A stretch of 46,328 bases of DNA, taken from the NCBI GenBank assembly GCA_046483305.1, contig JAWODM010000023.1:1-46328 (forward strand), in the 5' to 3' direction. Positions 1 to 8,924 of this stretch are shown piece after piece. Every line of letters starts with the position of its first letter. The stretch's first letter is position 1. The notes below the pieces were generated by a model. It saw only the letters and a program-made list of their open reading frames with translations. It was not told where the DNA came from and made no database searches. The stretch comes from Candidatus Krumholzibacteriales bacterium (GTDB lineage Bacteria > Krumholzibacteriota > Krumholzibacteriia > Krumholzibacteriales > WJIX01). The translations under genes were made by a program, and so were the position numbers.

Positions 1-150
1 GCGGCTGAGTGATTAATTCAAAATCGTTGTCGGTTTCCCCGGCGAGGAAACCGCAACTCCCGCCTCGCACATCGCTCTTTCTGCCCCTGACGGGGCAGAA
101 AACCATGCCCGCTCGCCCTCCGGAGGGTTTTGAATTAATCACTCAGCCGC
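1..150. repeat. MITE/REPIN-like element bounded by a perfect 23-bp inverted repeat, with internal hairpins
   Basis: 1-23 GCGGCTGAGTGATTAATTCAAAA is the exact reverse complement of 128-150. Internal stems: 31-38/46-53 (CGGTTTCC/GGAAACCG), 78-87/92-101 (TTTCTGCCCC/GGGGCAGAAA) and palindrome 116-127 (CCCTCCGGAGGG). The left end is at the window edge. Confidence 0.7.
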
Positions 151-312
151 TTCTATCTATGCTTAAGGCCGATTCCAGTTGCTATTAAAACTAAGTTGTT
201 GTTAAAGATTACCTTACCGACATTCTGGCTTATTTTTTGGGGAAACTCCAGCAAATTGATTTGGGGGTCCAAAACTCAATAAGACGCCGGATTGATTATA
301 TCTTCTTCGGGG

Positions 313-1077
313 TTAACTAAAAAGATTGATAAGGTAATCCCTGCTCTCGGCTGCGTCCTCCCAGGGCACTTCAAGGTCCAGCTTTGGCCTGGCCTCCCCT
401 GATCTCAGATGCTCCGCCAGCTCCCGGAAATCGAAAGTTCCCTTCCCCGGTACAAGGTGGTCGTCAGAATCGCCGTAGTTGTCATGAAGGTGAAGCACCG
501 CCACATCATCCCCTATCGCATTCCACCATCTCTTCAGAGAAAGCCTGGAGAAACAGTTAACATGGCCGGTATCCAGACAGAACCGGACATCATCGGAGCC
601 GCACAGCGAGCGCAGGCGAAGCAGTATCTCCGGGAAGTCATCCCAGGTGTTCTCCAGCGCAATGGTTACCCCGGCTGACTTCGCTCTCTCTATTACCGGC
701 CGGATCCTCTTGCCCCAGTTCCGGAACCAGTGCCTCCTCCCTCCCCTGGAGAAAAATGGCGAATACCCGGTATGAATAACCATCAGATCTCCCCCCAGGG
801 CCCGGGTCACCTCCACTCCCCTGACCATGCACTCAATGGAAAAGCTGCTGATATGTTTGTCCATACTTGCTATATCCAGCCCGAAGAAAGGCCCGTGCGT
901 AATCACCCCGGCCCCTCCCTCCCTGATACGGTCAGCCAGTGAATCAATCCCGGTATCGGAAAGGTTCATCAGGAAATCAGTCCTGGTCATCCTGACCTCG
1001 GGAAAGAAACCTCCCGCCATCACCTTTTCCAGCCTTTCATCCAGCTGGCTCAACGGAACACTTAGAAAGAAATTCAT
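313..1077 (-). CDS. Sugar phosphate isomerase/epimerase family (AP endonuclease 2 TIM barrel) protein
   Basis: Metal-binding motifs IALEN, CLDTGH, LHLHDN and DDHLVPGKG. Confidence 0.85.
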   Translation of the reverse strand: MNFFLSVPLSQLDERLEKVMAGGFFPEVRMTRTDFLMNLSDTGIDSLADRIREGGAGVITHGPFFGLDIASMDKHISSFSIECMVRGVEVTRALGGDLMVIHTGYSPFFSRGGRRHWFRNWGKRIRPVIERAKSAGVTIALENTWDDFPEILLRLRSLCGSDDVRFCLDTGHVNCFSRLSLKRWWNAIGDDVAVLHLHDNYGDSDDHLVPGKGTFDFRELAEHLRSGEARPKLDLEVPWEDAAESRDYLINLFS

Positions 1078-1135
1078 CCGGCCCTCTCATCTAAAAGTTC
1101 AATCATCTACTTGACCCTGAGCCCTATTGATTATA

Positions 1136-1164
1136 TTGTAACATAAAACTGCCATATATATGAT
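1136..1164 (+). promoter_or_regulatory. Putative sigma70 promoter of ftcD-pgi-apbE
   Basis: TTGTAA-N17-TATGAT, followed by AGGAGG RBS at 1175-1180. Confidence 0.5.
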
Positions 1165-1190
1165 GTTAAGACAAGGAGGAGTTTACAGAG

Positions 1191-2876
1191 ATGGAAAAAG
1201 TCGTTGAATGCGTACCCAATTTCAGCGAGGGACGGGACATTGAAAAAATAAACACGATTACTGCCGAAATAGAAACAGTCGATGATGTTAAACTCCTGGA
1301 CGTAGACCCCGGTGAAAGCACCAACAGAACGGTGGTGACTTTCGTGGGCTCGCCGGAAGGAGTGGTGGAGGCGGCCTTCCGGGCAATAGCGAAAGCGGCG
1401 GAAGTAATCGACATGTCCACTCATACAGGCGCTCATTCCAGAATGGGAGCCACTGACGTGGTCCCCTTCGTGCCTGTTTCAGGGGTGACCATGGAGGACT
1501 GCGTCGAACTGGCCGGAAAGCTTGGAAAGCGGGTCGGCGAAGAGCTGAAGATACCCGTATATCTTTACGAGAACGCCGCTTCCAGACCTGAAAGAAAAAA
1601 CCTTGCCACTGTCAGAAAAGGCCAGTACGAGGGGCTTCCCGAGAAGTTGAAAGATCCGGAGTGGAAACCGGACTTCGGGCCCGCGGAATTCAACAGTAAG
1701 ACCGGCGCTACCATAATCGGGGCGCGCGAATTCCTTATCGCCTACAACGTCAATATAAATTCCCGGGACCGGAAGATCGCAAGAGAGATAGCTTTCACCA
1801 TACGTGAAAAGGGAAGGCTGAAGAGGGACCAGAACAGGAAGGTGGTCCGGGACGAGAACGGCAAAGCGCTGCGCGACCCGGGAATATTCAAGGCGGTCAA
1901 GGCGATAGGATGGTATGTGGATGACTTCGAGAGGGCCCAGGTTTCCATTAACCTGGTCAATTACAAGATTTCACCGCCACACAGGGTGTTCGACGAGTGC
2001 TGCAGGATTGCGAATGAACTCGGCGCCAGGGTCACCGGCAGCGAGCTGGTAGGGCTCATACCGCTCGAAGCGGTCCTGCAGGCGGGCGAATACTTTCTGA
2101 GGAAGTCAGGGAAGAGTACCGGGGTGCCCCGCTCGGAACTCATCCATATAGCGGACCTTTCTCTCGGGCTCAGCGACCTTTACCCCTTCAAGCCCGGGGA
2201 AAAGATCATCGAGTACCAGATCAGCCGCGAGGACAGCCTCAATGACATGGAGGTCAACAGCTTCGTGGACGAACTGTCCACTGATTCTCCTGCTCCGGGC
2301 GGAGGGAGCGTAGCGGCGCTATGCGGCGCTCTGAGCGGAGCGCTCAGCTCGATGGTGGCAGCCCTTACACACGGAAAACGTAAATATCAGGATGTATTTG
2401 ACGAGATGGAAGAGATAGGCGTAAAGGCCCAGAGGCTGAAGGAGAAATTCCTTGCCGCGGTGGACAGGGATACCGACGCCTTTAACCAGCTCATGGATGC
2501 CTTCCGGATGCCCAAGAAAAAGAAGGAAGACAAGGAAAAGAGGGATACCGCGATTGAGGAAGCTACCAGGAACGCGACCATGGTGCCGCTTTCCGTTCTG
2601 AAAAATACCAGGGAGGCGGCGGACCTGGCCCGCAGAGCGTTTGAGAAGGGAAACAGGAATTCGGCCAGCGATGCCGGAGTGGCCGCTCTGAACGCGAGAG
2701 CGGCTGCGGAGGGGGCTTACTTCAACATCAAGATAAATCTGGCCGGAATATCCGACCGGAAATTCGTCAGTGAAATCTCAGCCGAAGCGGAGAAGATCAG
2801 AGACGAGGTGGTCGCTCATACATCCGAAACCGTGCAGATCACCGACCGGTATCTTGAAGAGCAGCTGAAGGAATAA
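1191..2876 (+). CDS. ftcD: Bifunctional glutamate formiminotransferase / formiminotetrahydrofolate cyclodeaminase
   Basis: N-terminal VECVPNFSEGRD, NRTVVT, HSRMGATDVVPF and GAREFLIAYNVN; C-terminal cyclodeaminase motifs SPAPGGGS and GNRNSASDAG. Confidence 0.95.
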   Translation: MEKVVECVPNFSEGRDIEKINTITAEIETVDDVKLLDVDPGESTNRTVVTFVGSPEGVVEAAFRAIAKAAEVIDMSTHTGAHSRMGATDVVPFVPVSGVTMEDCVELAGKLGKRVGEELKIPVYLYENAASRPERKNLATVRKGQYEGLPEKLKDPEWKPDFGPAEFNSKTGATIIGAREFLIAYNVNINSRDRKIAREIAFTIREKGRLKRDQNRKVVRDENGKALRDPGIFKAVKAIGWYVDDFERAQVSINLVNYKISPPHRVFDECCRIANELGARVTGSELVGLIPLEAVLQAGEYFLRKSGKSTGVPRSELIHIADLSLGLSDLYPFKPGEKIIEYQISREDSLNDMEVNSFVDELSTDSPAPGGGSVAALCGALSGALSSMVAALTHGKRKYQDVFDEMEEIGVKAQRLKEKFLAAVDRDTDAFNQLMDAFRMPKKKKEDKEKRDTAIEEATRNATMVPLSVLKNTREAADLARRAFEKGNRNSASDAGVAALNARAAAEGAYFNIKINLAGISDRKFVSEISAEAEKIRDEVVAHTSETVQITDRYLEEQLKE

Positions 2877-2893
2877 CAGGGCGGGATTAGATT

Positions 2894-4159
2894 ATGATAA
2901 CTCTGGATCCGGGGAATATCTCAGATTTTATCACTGATCAGAAGATCAGGGAGAAGATGCCGGAAGCCCGCAGCGCCCTGTCCTCTCTTATCCGGAGGGA
3001 GGGCAAGGGATCGGAAATGCTCGGATGGCTTGACCTTCCGTCGGCTCCGGCGGACCGGATCGGCCAGCTGGAACGGGCGGGGGAAAGAATACGGGAGGAT
3101 AATGACTGCCTGGTGGTGGCCGGCATTGGGGGATCCTACCTCGGGGCAAGGGCCGCCATCGAAGCTCTCTGCGAGAAGGGCGGATTCCCTGTATACTTTG
3201 CCGGCAACAACCTCTCTCCCCTTTATCACCACCGCCTGCTCAAGGAGCTGGAGGGGCGCCGTTTCGCCGTATGCGTTATTTCAAAGTCGGGAACCACAAC
3301 GGAGACAGCTATAGCATTCCGGCTTCTGAGAGATCTGCTGAACCGGCGGGACTCTGACCCATCCGGCAGGATAATAGCTATCACCGATCCGGAAAAGGGC
3401 GCCCTCAGGCAACTGGCCGAAGAAAAAGGGATTCAGACATTTGATATACCCCGCGATGTGGGCGGCAGATTCAGTATTCTCTCTCCGGTGGGGCTTCTTC
3501 CCTGCGCCGCGGCGGGTATACCTCTGGCAGATATGTTGAAAGGCGCCGCGGAAGCCCTTGACCGTTACACCGGGGAAACCGGCGGCAACATCATGCTGCT
3601 TTACGCTCTGCCCCGGCACCTTCTGCACAGCGGGGGAACGGCGATAGAAGTACTTTCCACTTTTCATCCCGAGCTGGATCTCTTCTGTGAATGGTGGAAA
3701 CAGCTCGCCGGGGAATCAGAAGGAAAGAACGGCAGGGGGCTTTTCCCCGCTTCTACGGTGATGACCACAGACCTTCACTCCATGGGCCAGCTTCTTCAGG
3801 AGGGGCCCAGGAATATTCTTGAAACCTTTCTGGTATCGAGCCAGCCGGGGGAGGACCTGGCGGTGCCGGAAGACCGGAAAAACCTGGACGGGCTTAATTA
3901 TCTGGCCGGAAAATCACTGGGGGAGATAAACAGAATGGCCTACCAGGGAACCAGGGACGCTCATATCTCAGGGGGGATCCCGGTAATGTCAATCGAGGTG
4001 CCCTCCCTCAGCCCGGCGGCTCTCGGTGAACTGTTCATCTTTTTTGAGCTGGCTGTCTCGGTCAGCGCCCGGCTGGCGGGGATAAACCCGTTCGATCAAC
4101 CGGGAGTAGAAGAATACAAAAACAGGATGTTCAGACTGCTCGGAAAACCGGGTTCATAA
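2894..4159 (+). CDS. pgi: Glucose-6-phosphate isomerase (short type)
   Basis: GIGGSYLG, SKSGTTTET, VGGRFS, QLAGESEGK, DLHSMGQ and NPFDQPGVEEYK. Confidence 0.95.
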   Translation: MITLDPGNISDFITDQKIREKMPEARSALSSLIRREGKGSEMLGWLDLPSAPADRIGQLERAGERIREDNDCLVVAGIGGSYLGARAAIEALCEKGGFPVYFAGNNLSPLYHHRLLKELEGRRFAVCVISKSGTTTETAIAFRLLRDLLNRRDSDPSGRIIAITDPEKGALRQLAEEKGIQTFDIPRDVGGRFSILSPVGLLPCAAAGIPLADMLKGAAEALDRYTGETGGNIMLLYALPRHLLHSGGTAIEVLSTFHPELDLFCEWWKQLAGESEGKNGRGLFPASTVMTTDLHSMGQLLQEGPRNILETFLVSSQPGEDLAVPEDRKNLDGLNYLAGKSLGEINRMAYQGTRDAHISGGIPVMSIEVPSLSPAALGELFIFFELAVSVSARLAGINPFDQPGVEEYKNRMFRLLGKPGS

Positions 4160-4173
4160 TCAAAGACGGCAAT

Positions 4174-5268
4174 ATGTCAGCACAACGGAAACATATGTCC
4201 CTGATTCTATTCGCGGCGGCATTGTTCGCTGTTGACTCATCCTGCAGCGGAGAGAAACCTTTCAGGAAAAGCACTTATGTGATGGGAACCAGAGCTTCCG
4301 TATCAATCTACGGAATGAAAAAGGAACAGGCGGAAAGGGTATCCGGGGAAGCCCTGCATGTTCTTCACAGGCTGGAGCGGATGATGAGTACCTGGAATCC
4401 TGAGAGCGATCTTTCCAGGCTTAATTCAGCCCCGGGCGGGGTTCCGGTTCAGCTTCCCGGGGAGCTTATAGACCTTATAGATACAGCAAAGCAGTTTTCT
4501 TCCCTTACCTCCGGAGCTTTCGATATCACGGCCAGGCCGCTTTCGCGGCTATGGGGATTCCAGGAAGGACCGGACAGCATACCTTCCGCTGAAAGTATAG
4601 CTGACGTCATGCAGAGAGTCGGCTTCGAAAAGATAATGATAGACAGTTCGGGAGTAACTCTGCCTCCGGGAACGGAGATAGACCTGGCGGGGATAGCGAA
4701 GGGTTATGCAGTGGACAGGTGCGCCGGAATACTCCGGGAGGAAGGGGTTACTTCCGCGCTGATAGATCTGGGCGGCAATATGTATGCGATCGGCTCGCCT
4801 CCCGGCAAGAGGGGCTGGGCAGTGGGGATCCGCAATCCGGTAATAACTGATTCTATAATAGGATACATTATATTGAGGAATGAGGCGGTCGCCACTTCCG
4901 GCAATTACGAGAATTTCGTGGAGATCGGCGGAGAGGATTTCGGCCATATTATGGACCCCAGAACGGGCAGGCCGGTTTCCGGGAGCATGCGCGGAGTAAC
5001 GGTAATCGCTCCCACCGCCACCGCCGCTGACGCTCTCTCCACCTCCCTGTTCATACTCGGCCCCGAGAAAGGGACTTCGCTGTGCGGGAACATCTCCATA
5101 TCGGACCCGCCCGATTCTCTCCCCTATCTGAAGGAAACCGCCAGGGAGGGTTACCTGAGGCGAACAGGTAATTACGCGGACGCAGTGTTCGTCACCGCAA
5201 GGGACCATGTCATACACTACCATAAAACCGGCAATCTGACCGGAAAACTGTTCCTGGACGAGGAATAG
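4174..5268 (+). CDS. apbE: FAD:protein FMN transferase (ApbE family), probable lipoprotein
   Basis: MGT, GAFDIT, DLAGIAKGYAVD, ATSGNY, HIMDPRTG and ADALST motifs; hydrophobic leader ending in SSC. Confidence 0.92.
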   Translation: MSAQRKHMSLILFAAALFAVDSSCSGEKPFRKSTYVMGTRASVSIYGMKKEQAERVSGEALHVLHRLERMMSTWNPESDLSRLNSAPGGVPVQLPGELIDLIDTAKQFSSLTSGAFDITARPLSRLWGFQEGPDSIPSAESIADVMQRVGFEKIMIDSSGVTLPPGTEIDLAGIAKGYAVDRCAGILREEGVTSALIDLGGNMYAIGSPPGKRGWAVGIRNPVITDSIIGYIILRNEAVATSGNYENFVEIGGEDFGHIMDPRTGRPVSGSMRGVTVIAPTATAADALSTSLFILGPEKGTSLCGNISISDPPDSLPYLKETAREGYLRRTGNYADAVFVTARDHVIHYHKTGNLTGKLFLDEE

Positions 5269-5318
5269 GAAAGCGGAAGCAACCGCCGGCAGTTATAAGA
5301 ACTGAAAATCAGCCGGTA

Positions 5319-6008
5319 TCATGGCTGGCCCGGGGTTTCCCGCTCCGCCTCCGGAAGCCCGTCTGCTACCTGCCTTTTCAGCCTCCGGTTTCTGACTATT
5401 AAGAGAACCGTGCCAAGAATACCCGCTATCCCCAGGCCGTAATCCTGAGGAACGCTCAGATTGAAAGCGGCGGAAGTCCCTATCAGGGACCAGATGAGCG
5501 GTATAAGAACGTTATAAACCGGTACCGGCCGGGATACCCACAGCATCAGCCCGAAGGTAAAGATAGTGACCGGGCATGGAGCCACTCCGAAGACCGGAAC
5601 GCCGGGATACGCATGGCCCGCCAGCTTGCCGATCAGCGGATAAATAACCATGGAGAACAGTATAAAGATAAATCCGGTCACGGAGATCCAGCCTCCCGAA
5701 AAGCGGAATCTGATCCTGCCGCGCACCGTCCCCGTGATAATAAACAGCAGCCCCTGCAGGATGAATAGAAATCCGAACACACGGGCGGCGGGATTAATCC
5801 TGCTGAAATGCACGATATGGTAGAATATCCCCATCCATATCCAGAACAGCGCCAGAATACCGGCTGCCACTCTTTCCTTTATCCCATCGCCCCGGAAGGC
5901 AAGTATTACCGCGGCGATACCGAGAATGTAGGCAGCGATCTGGGCGGGCCAGATGGCAAGATTATAACTTTCAAATACTTCGAAAAACTGCTCCACCGTA
6001 AACGGCAT
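5319..6008 (-). CDS. Integral membrane protein, DUF6064-like
   Basis: MPFTVEQFFEVFESYNLAIWPAQ N-terminus, FGVAPCPVTIFTFG motif and multiple TM helices. Confidence 0.75.
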   Translation of the reverse strand: MPFTVEQFFEVFESYNLAIWPAQIAAYILGIAAVILAFRGDGIKERVAAGILALFWIWMGIFYHIVHFSRINPAARVFGFLFILQGLLFIITGTVRGRIRFRFSGGWISVTGFIFILFSMVIYPLIGKLAGHAYPGVPVFGVAPCPVTIFTFGLMLWVSRPVPVYNVLIPLIWSLIGTSAAFNLSVPQDYGLGIAGILGTVLLIVRNRRLKRQVADGLPEAERETPGQP

Positions 6009-6115
6009 ATGAAATTACCTCCTGTTCCCGCCTGGCCTGTCTATTAACCGGCCAATTTTATCTCCTGTTATCAACCGCGTTCGGATTCACCATCCACATC
6101 CGGCCGTAATTCAAG

Positions 6116-6526
6116 CTACTCCCCATTACTGATTATATCCTCCAGAATCAGGCCGGCAGCTTCTATCAGCTCTTCTGTGTCATCGCCGCCCGTATAACTG
6201 CTTTCGAGAATTATCCGGTTCTCTGCCAGAACCTGGGGATCGACCTCCTCGTCATCGATACAGTAGATCTCGATAAATTGATCCCGCGGGAAATCATGCT
6301 TGCCGTATGACCCCGAAATAAATTCCTCCAGCTCCGGGAATTCCTCCAGGAGACGCTGCCCGTTCTCCGATCCCGAGTGAGACCACAGGAAAACAGCGGC
6401 CTGCTCTGACAGAAAGCGGACCGCCTCCAGAGCCGAGGGCCTTATAGTCCTGATACCATTCCGGTAGGGAGAGGCCAGAGTCCCGTCAACATCGATCAGC
6501 ACTGCTACTGTAGATCTCTTCTGCAT
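6116..6526 (-). CDS. Small capless HAD-superfamily hydrolase-like protein
   Basis: HAD motif I LIDVDGTL, motif II-like FLWS and motif IV-like CIDD; AGGAG RBS upstream. Confidence 0.6.
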   Translation of the reverse strand: MQKRSTVAVLIDVDGTLASPYRNGIRTIRPSALEAVRFLSEQAAVFLWSHSGSENGQRLLEEFPELEEFISGSYGKHDFPRDQFIEIYCIDDEEVDPQVLAENRIILESSYTGGDDTEELIEAAGLILEDIISNGE

Positions 6527-6704
6527 ATCAGCTCCTTAACATCCTTAATGAAATAAGGTTACAAATCTGTTTCTTCATCGAGTTCAATCACCATGGCCTT
6601 CAGATTATATTATGTCGCTGAGGCGATGTCATCCGGAAAGGCATCTATTATTCCGCTTCCATAACTCACATCGCTGCCCGGATTGAGGCCCCAGCCCCCT
6701 GATG

Positions 6705-6824
6705 TCAACCTGTCAGCCTTCCTTCCCCTCTGAACACCCGCGCGATCTTCCCGGCTATCTCCCCGGTGGCGCCGTATTTGGTGGCGTAAGTTACCAGAAC
6801 CCTGTCCTTCACCGGCTTCCCCAT
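6705..6824 (-). pseudogene. Truncated flavodoxin (HemG/flavodoxin_5-like) remnant
   Basis: My translation (not in the ORF track) gives MGKPVKDRVLVTYATKYGATGEIAGKIARVFRGEGRLTG*, containing a flavodoxin FMN-phosphate loop (YATKYGAT.EIA). The ATG is 1 nt after the upstream stop. The expected VDI strand continues in another frame and similarity is then lost. Confidence 0.7.
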
Positions 6825-6825
6825 T

Positions 6826-7401
6826 TTAATTTTCGCCTTCTCTTCTGATTACCCGCCCCGCGCTCCAGGCCTTTCCTATCTCTTTGCCGACCGACCAGTA
6901 GCGGTTACCGGGCATGGTAAGCATGAACGGTTTCATCCTGGTTATATCCGGCTTGTCATCATTCATATACTTCCGCTCCGTGAAAACTTCCACCGGCTCT
7001 CCGATAAATAGTTTATTGGAGGGCATCTCAACGGTGTCACGGAGTGACAGGGATATGGACAGCGGGCATTCCACGATCAGCGGAGCTTTTTCAAGTTCAC
7101 CGTAGAAGATGTTGAATATCTGCGATTTATCCTTATTGACGCCGGAAACCAGCCCGCAGTAATCGGTTTTCTCCATCAGAGAAACTCCCGGTATATTGAT
7201 GGTGAATTCCCCGTTATCTTCTATTCCCCTGCTGGTGTAGTGGGGCCCTATCGCTACCGCGAACAGGGGAGGCTTGAAGTTGACCCTGGTTGCCCAGGCC
7301 ACAGCCATGAAATTAGCCTTCCCTTCGACTACCGCACCGACCAGAACCACCGGCATGGGGTATATGTAAGCGGCGGAAGGGTCAATCTTTATCTTTTCCA
7401 T
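6826..7401 (-). CDS. Flavin reductase family protein (flavoredoxin-like)
   Basis: YPMPVVLVG, ANFMAVAW, FTINIP, DYCGLVSG and APLIVECPL. Confidence 0.9.
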   Translation of the reverse strand: MEKIKIDPSAAYIYPMPVVLVGAVVEGKANFMAVAWATRVNFKPPLFAVAIGPHYTSRGIEDNGEFTINIPGVSLMEKTDYCGLVSGVNKDKSQIFNIFYGELEKAPLIVECPLSISLSLRDTVEMPSNKLFIGEPVEVFTERKYMNDDKPDITRMKPFMLTMPGNRYWSVGKEIGKAWSAGRVIRREGEN

Positions 7402-7584
7402 TATTCAGTAATCCCCCCTTTCCATCAGTCAGAGCGATACTGGCCTGATAATACCATGAAGCTTCAGGCCTGAAACGGCTGAAGCATACATCGGGATTCT
7501 ACATCAACCGCCTGTTTTGGTTCAATGATTATGTGACCGCGCGGATATTGCGGGTATCCGGAACTGAACCTGCGGATGGCAGGC

Positions 7585-8289
7585 TTAACTGCCGGTTTTT
7601 TCTTCTCCGGTATCGAAATCGAACCACTTGCCCTGCATTATACAGGAAGAGCAATCATGCTTCTTCTTTATCAGAGGTTCCCTGCCGGCCCTTTCCGCCA
7701 TCTTTATCTCCACCTTATTCATCAGGCCCAGCAGCACTCCCAGTACCATGAAGGCCCCCGGCGGCATAATCATCAGCAGAAGGGGAAGATAGGAATCGCC
7801 GAATATGGAGGCGCCGAATATGGTTCCGTTTCCCAGGAGCTCTCTGACCGCTCCTATCACCATCAGTGATATGGTGAATCCGAACCCCATTCCGAATCCG
7901 TCAATTATCGAGATCCAGACCGGGTTCTTTGACGCGAAAGCCTCGGCCCTTCCCAGAATTATGCAGTTTACCACAATGAGCGGAATGAACAGCCCCAGGC
8001 TCTGGTGCAAGGCGTGGAAGTACCCGTTCATTACCAGGTCCACTATGGTAACGAAGGTGGCGATGGTTACGATGAAAGCCGGGATACGGACCTTCTTCGG
8101 TATGAAAGACCTAATAAGGGATATAACCGTATTTGAGCAGACCAGCACAAAAGTGGAAGCCAGCCCCATTCCCAGGCCGTTCTCTGTGGTGGTGGTAACC
8201 GCCAGGGTGGGACACAGGCCCAGCACCAGGCGGAATATCGGATTTTCACTCCAGAACCCTTTCAGAAATTCTCTGGCTGCTCGATTCAT
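7585..8289 (-). CDS. rnfE: Rnf electron transport complex subunit E
   Basis: ENPIFRLVLGLCPTLAVT, LIVVNCIILGRAE and PPGAF; extra C-terminal tail with CxxC. Confidence 0.93.
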   Translation of the reverse strand: MNRAAREFLKGFWSENPIFRLVLGLCPTLAVTTTTENGLGMGLASTFVLVCSNTVISLIRSFIPKKVRIPAFIVTIATFVTIVDLVMNGYFHALHQSLGLFIPLIVVNCIILGRAEAFASKNPVWISIIDGFGMGFGFTISLMVIGAVRELLGNGTIFGASIFGDSYLPLLLMIMPPGAFMVLGVLLGLMNKVEIKMAERAGREPLIKKKHDCSSCIMQGKWFDFDTGEEKTGS

Positions 8290-8906
8290 TATTCCTTCTC
8301 CTGATTATCGGCAGTGCCGCTTCCGGATGCTTTCCCTGATATTCTTCCGTAATTGTTCTTGAAGAATTCAAGCCCTTTGAGGGTGGCCTCAGTTATCGCC
8401 CGGGACGATATGGTGGCGCCGGTGACAGGTTCGAATTTTCCGCCGTCCCTGGTCACCTTCCAGACCTGAGGAGAATCTATACTGCACTGCCGGTACTGAT
8501 TTCTGAATTCCGGCTCCTGGATTTTGGCGCCCAGCCCGGGCGTCTCGGAATGATTCAGAATCTGGATACCCTGAATGACTCCGTCAGAGTTCACTCCTAC
8601 CAGAAAATTGATGTCCCCGGAGTAACCTTCATGGGCCACCACCGGGAAAGCCGCGCCGGTGAATTGATCGCCCTTTTTGCCGACGAACACCTCCAGCGAA
8701 TCTCCCTCCTCACTCTCCACAAATACCCTGTCCTCCATAAGTTCGTTGTCGTAGGAGGGGAGCACCTGGCGTACAGCTTTCATCTTTGCCTCCCGGAGTG
8801 CCCTCGCGATCGGCTCCTCGGTTTGATTGCTCACATAGGCGAGCACTCCCGCGGAGACCGCCGTTATCAGCGTAAGCACAAAACACAACCGGGCTATATC
8901 TTTCAT
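8289..8906 (-). CDS. rnfG: Rnf complex subunit G (covalent FMN)
   Basis: N-terminal TM helix, GYSGDI, HSETPGLG and flavinylation motif VTGATISS. Confidence 0.93.
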   Translation of the reverse strand: MKDIARLCFVLTLITAVSAGVLAYVSNQTEEPIARALREAKMKAVRQVLPSYDNELMEDRVFVESEEGDSLEVFVGKKGDQFTGAAFPVVAHEGYSGDINFLVGVNSDGVIQGIQILNHSETPGLGAKIQEPEFRNQYRQCSIDSPQVWKVTRDGGKFEPVTGATISSRAITEATLKGLEFFKNNYGRISGKASGSGTADNQEKE

Positions 8907-8924
8907 CGCATCCTCCAGAACTCT

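Noticed and set aside
7461..7485. Hairpin GCTTCAG(G)CC-TGAAAC-GGCTGAAGC downstream of rnfE as a terminator
   Set aside because: It has no convincing U-tract on the minus strand, so it is not called.
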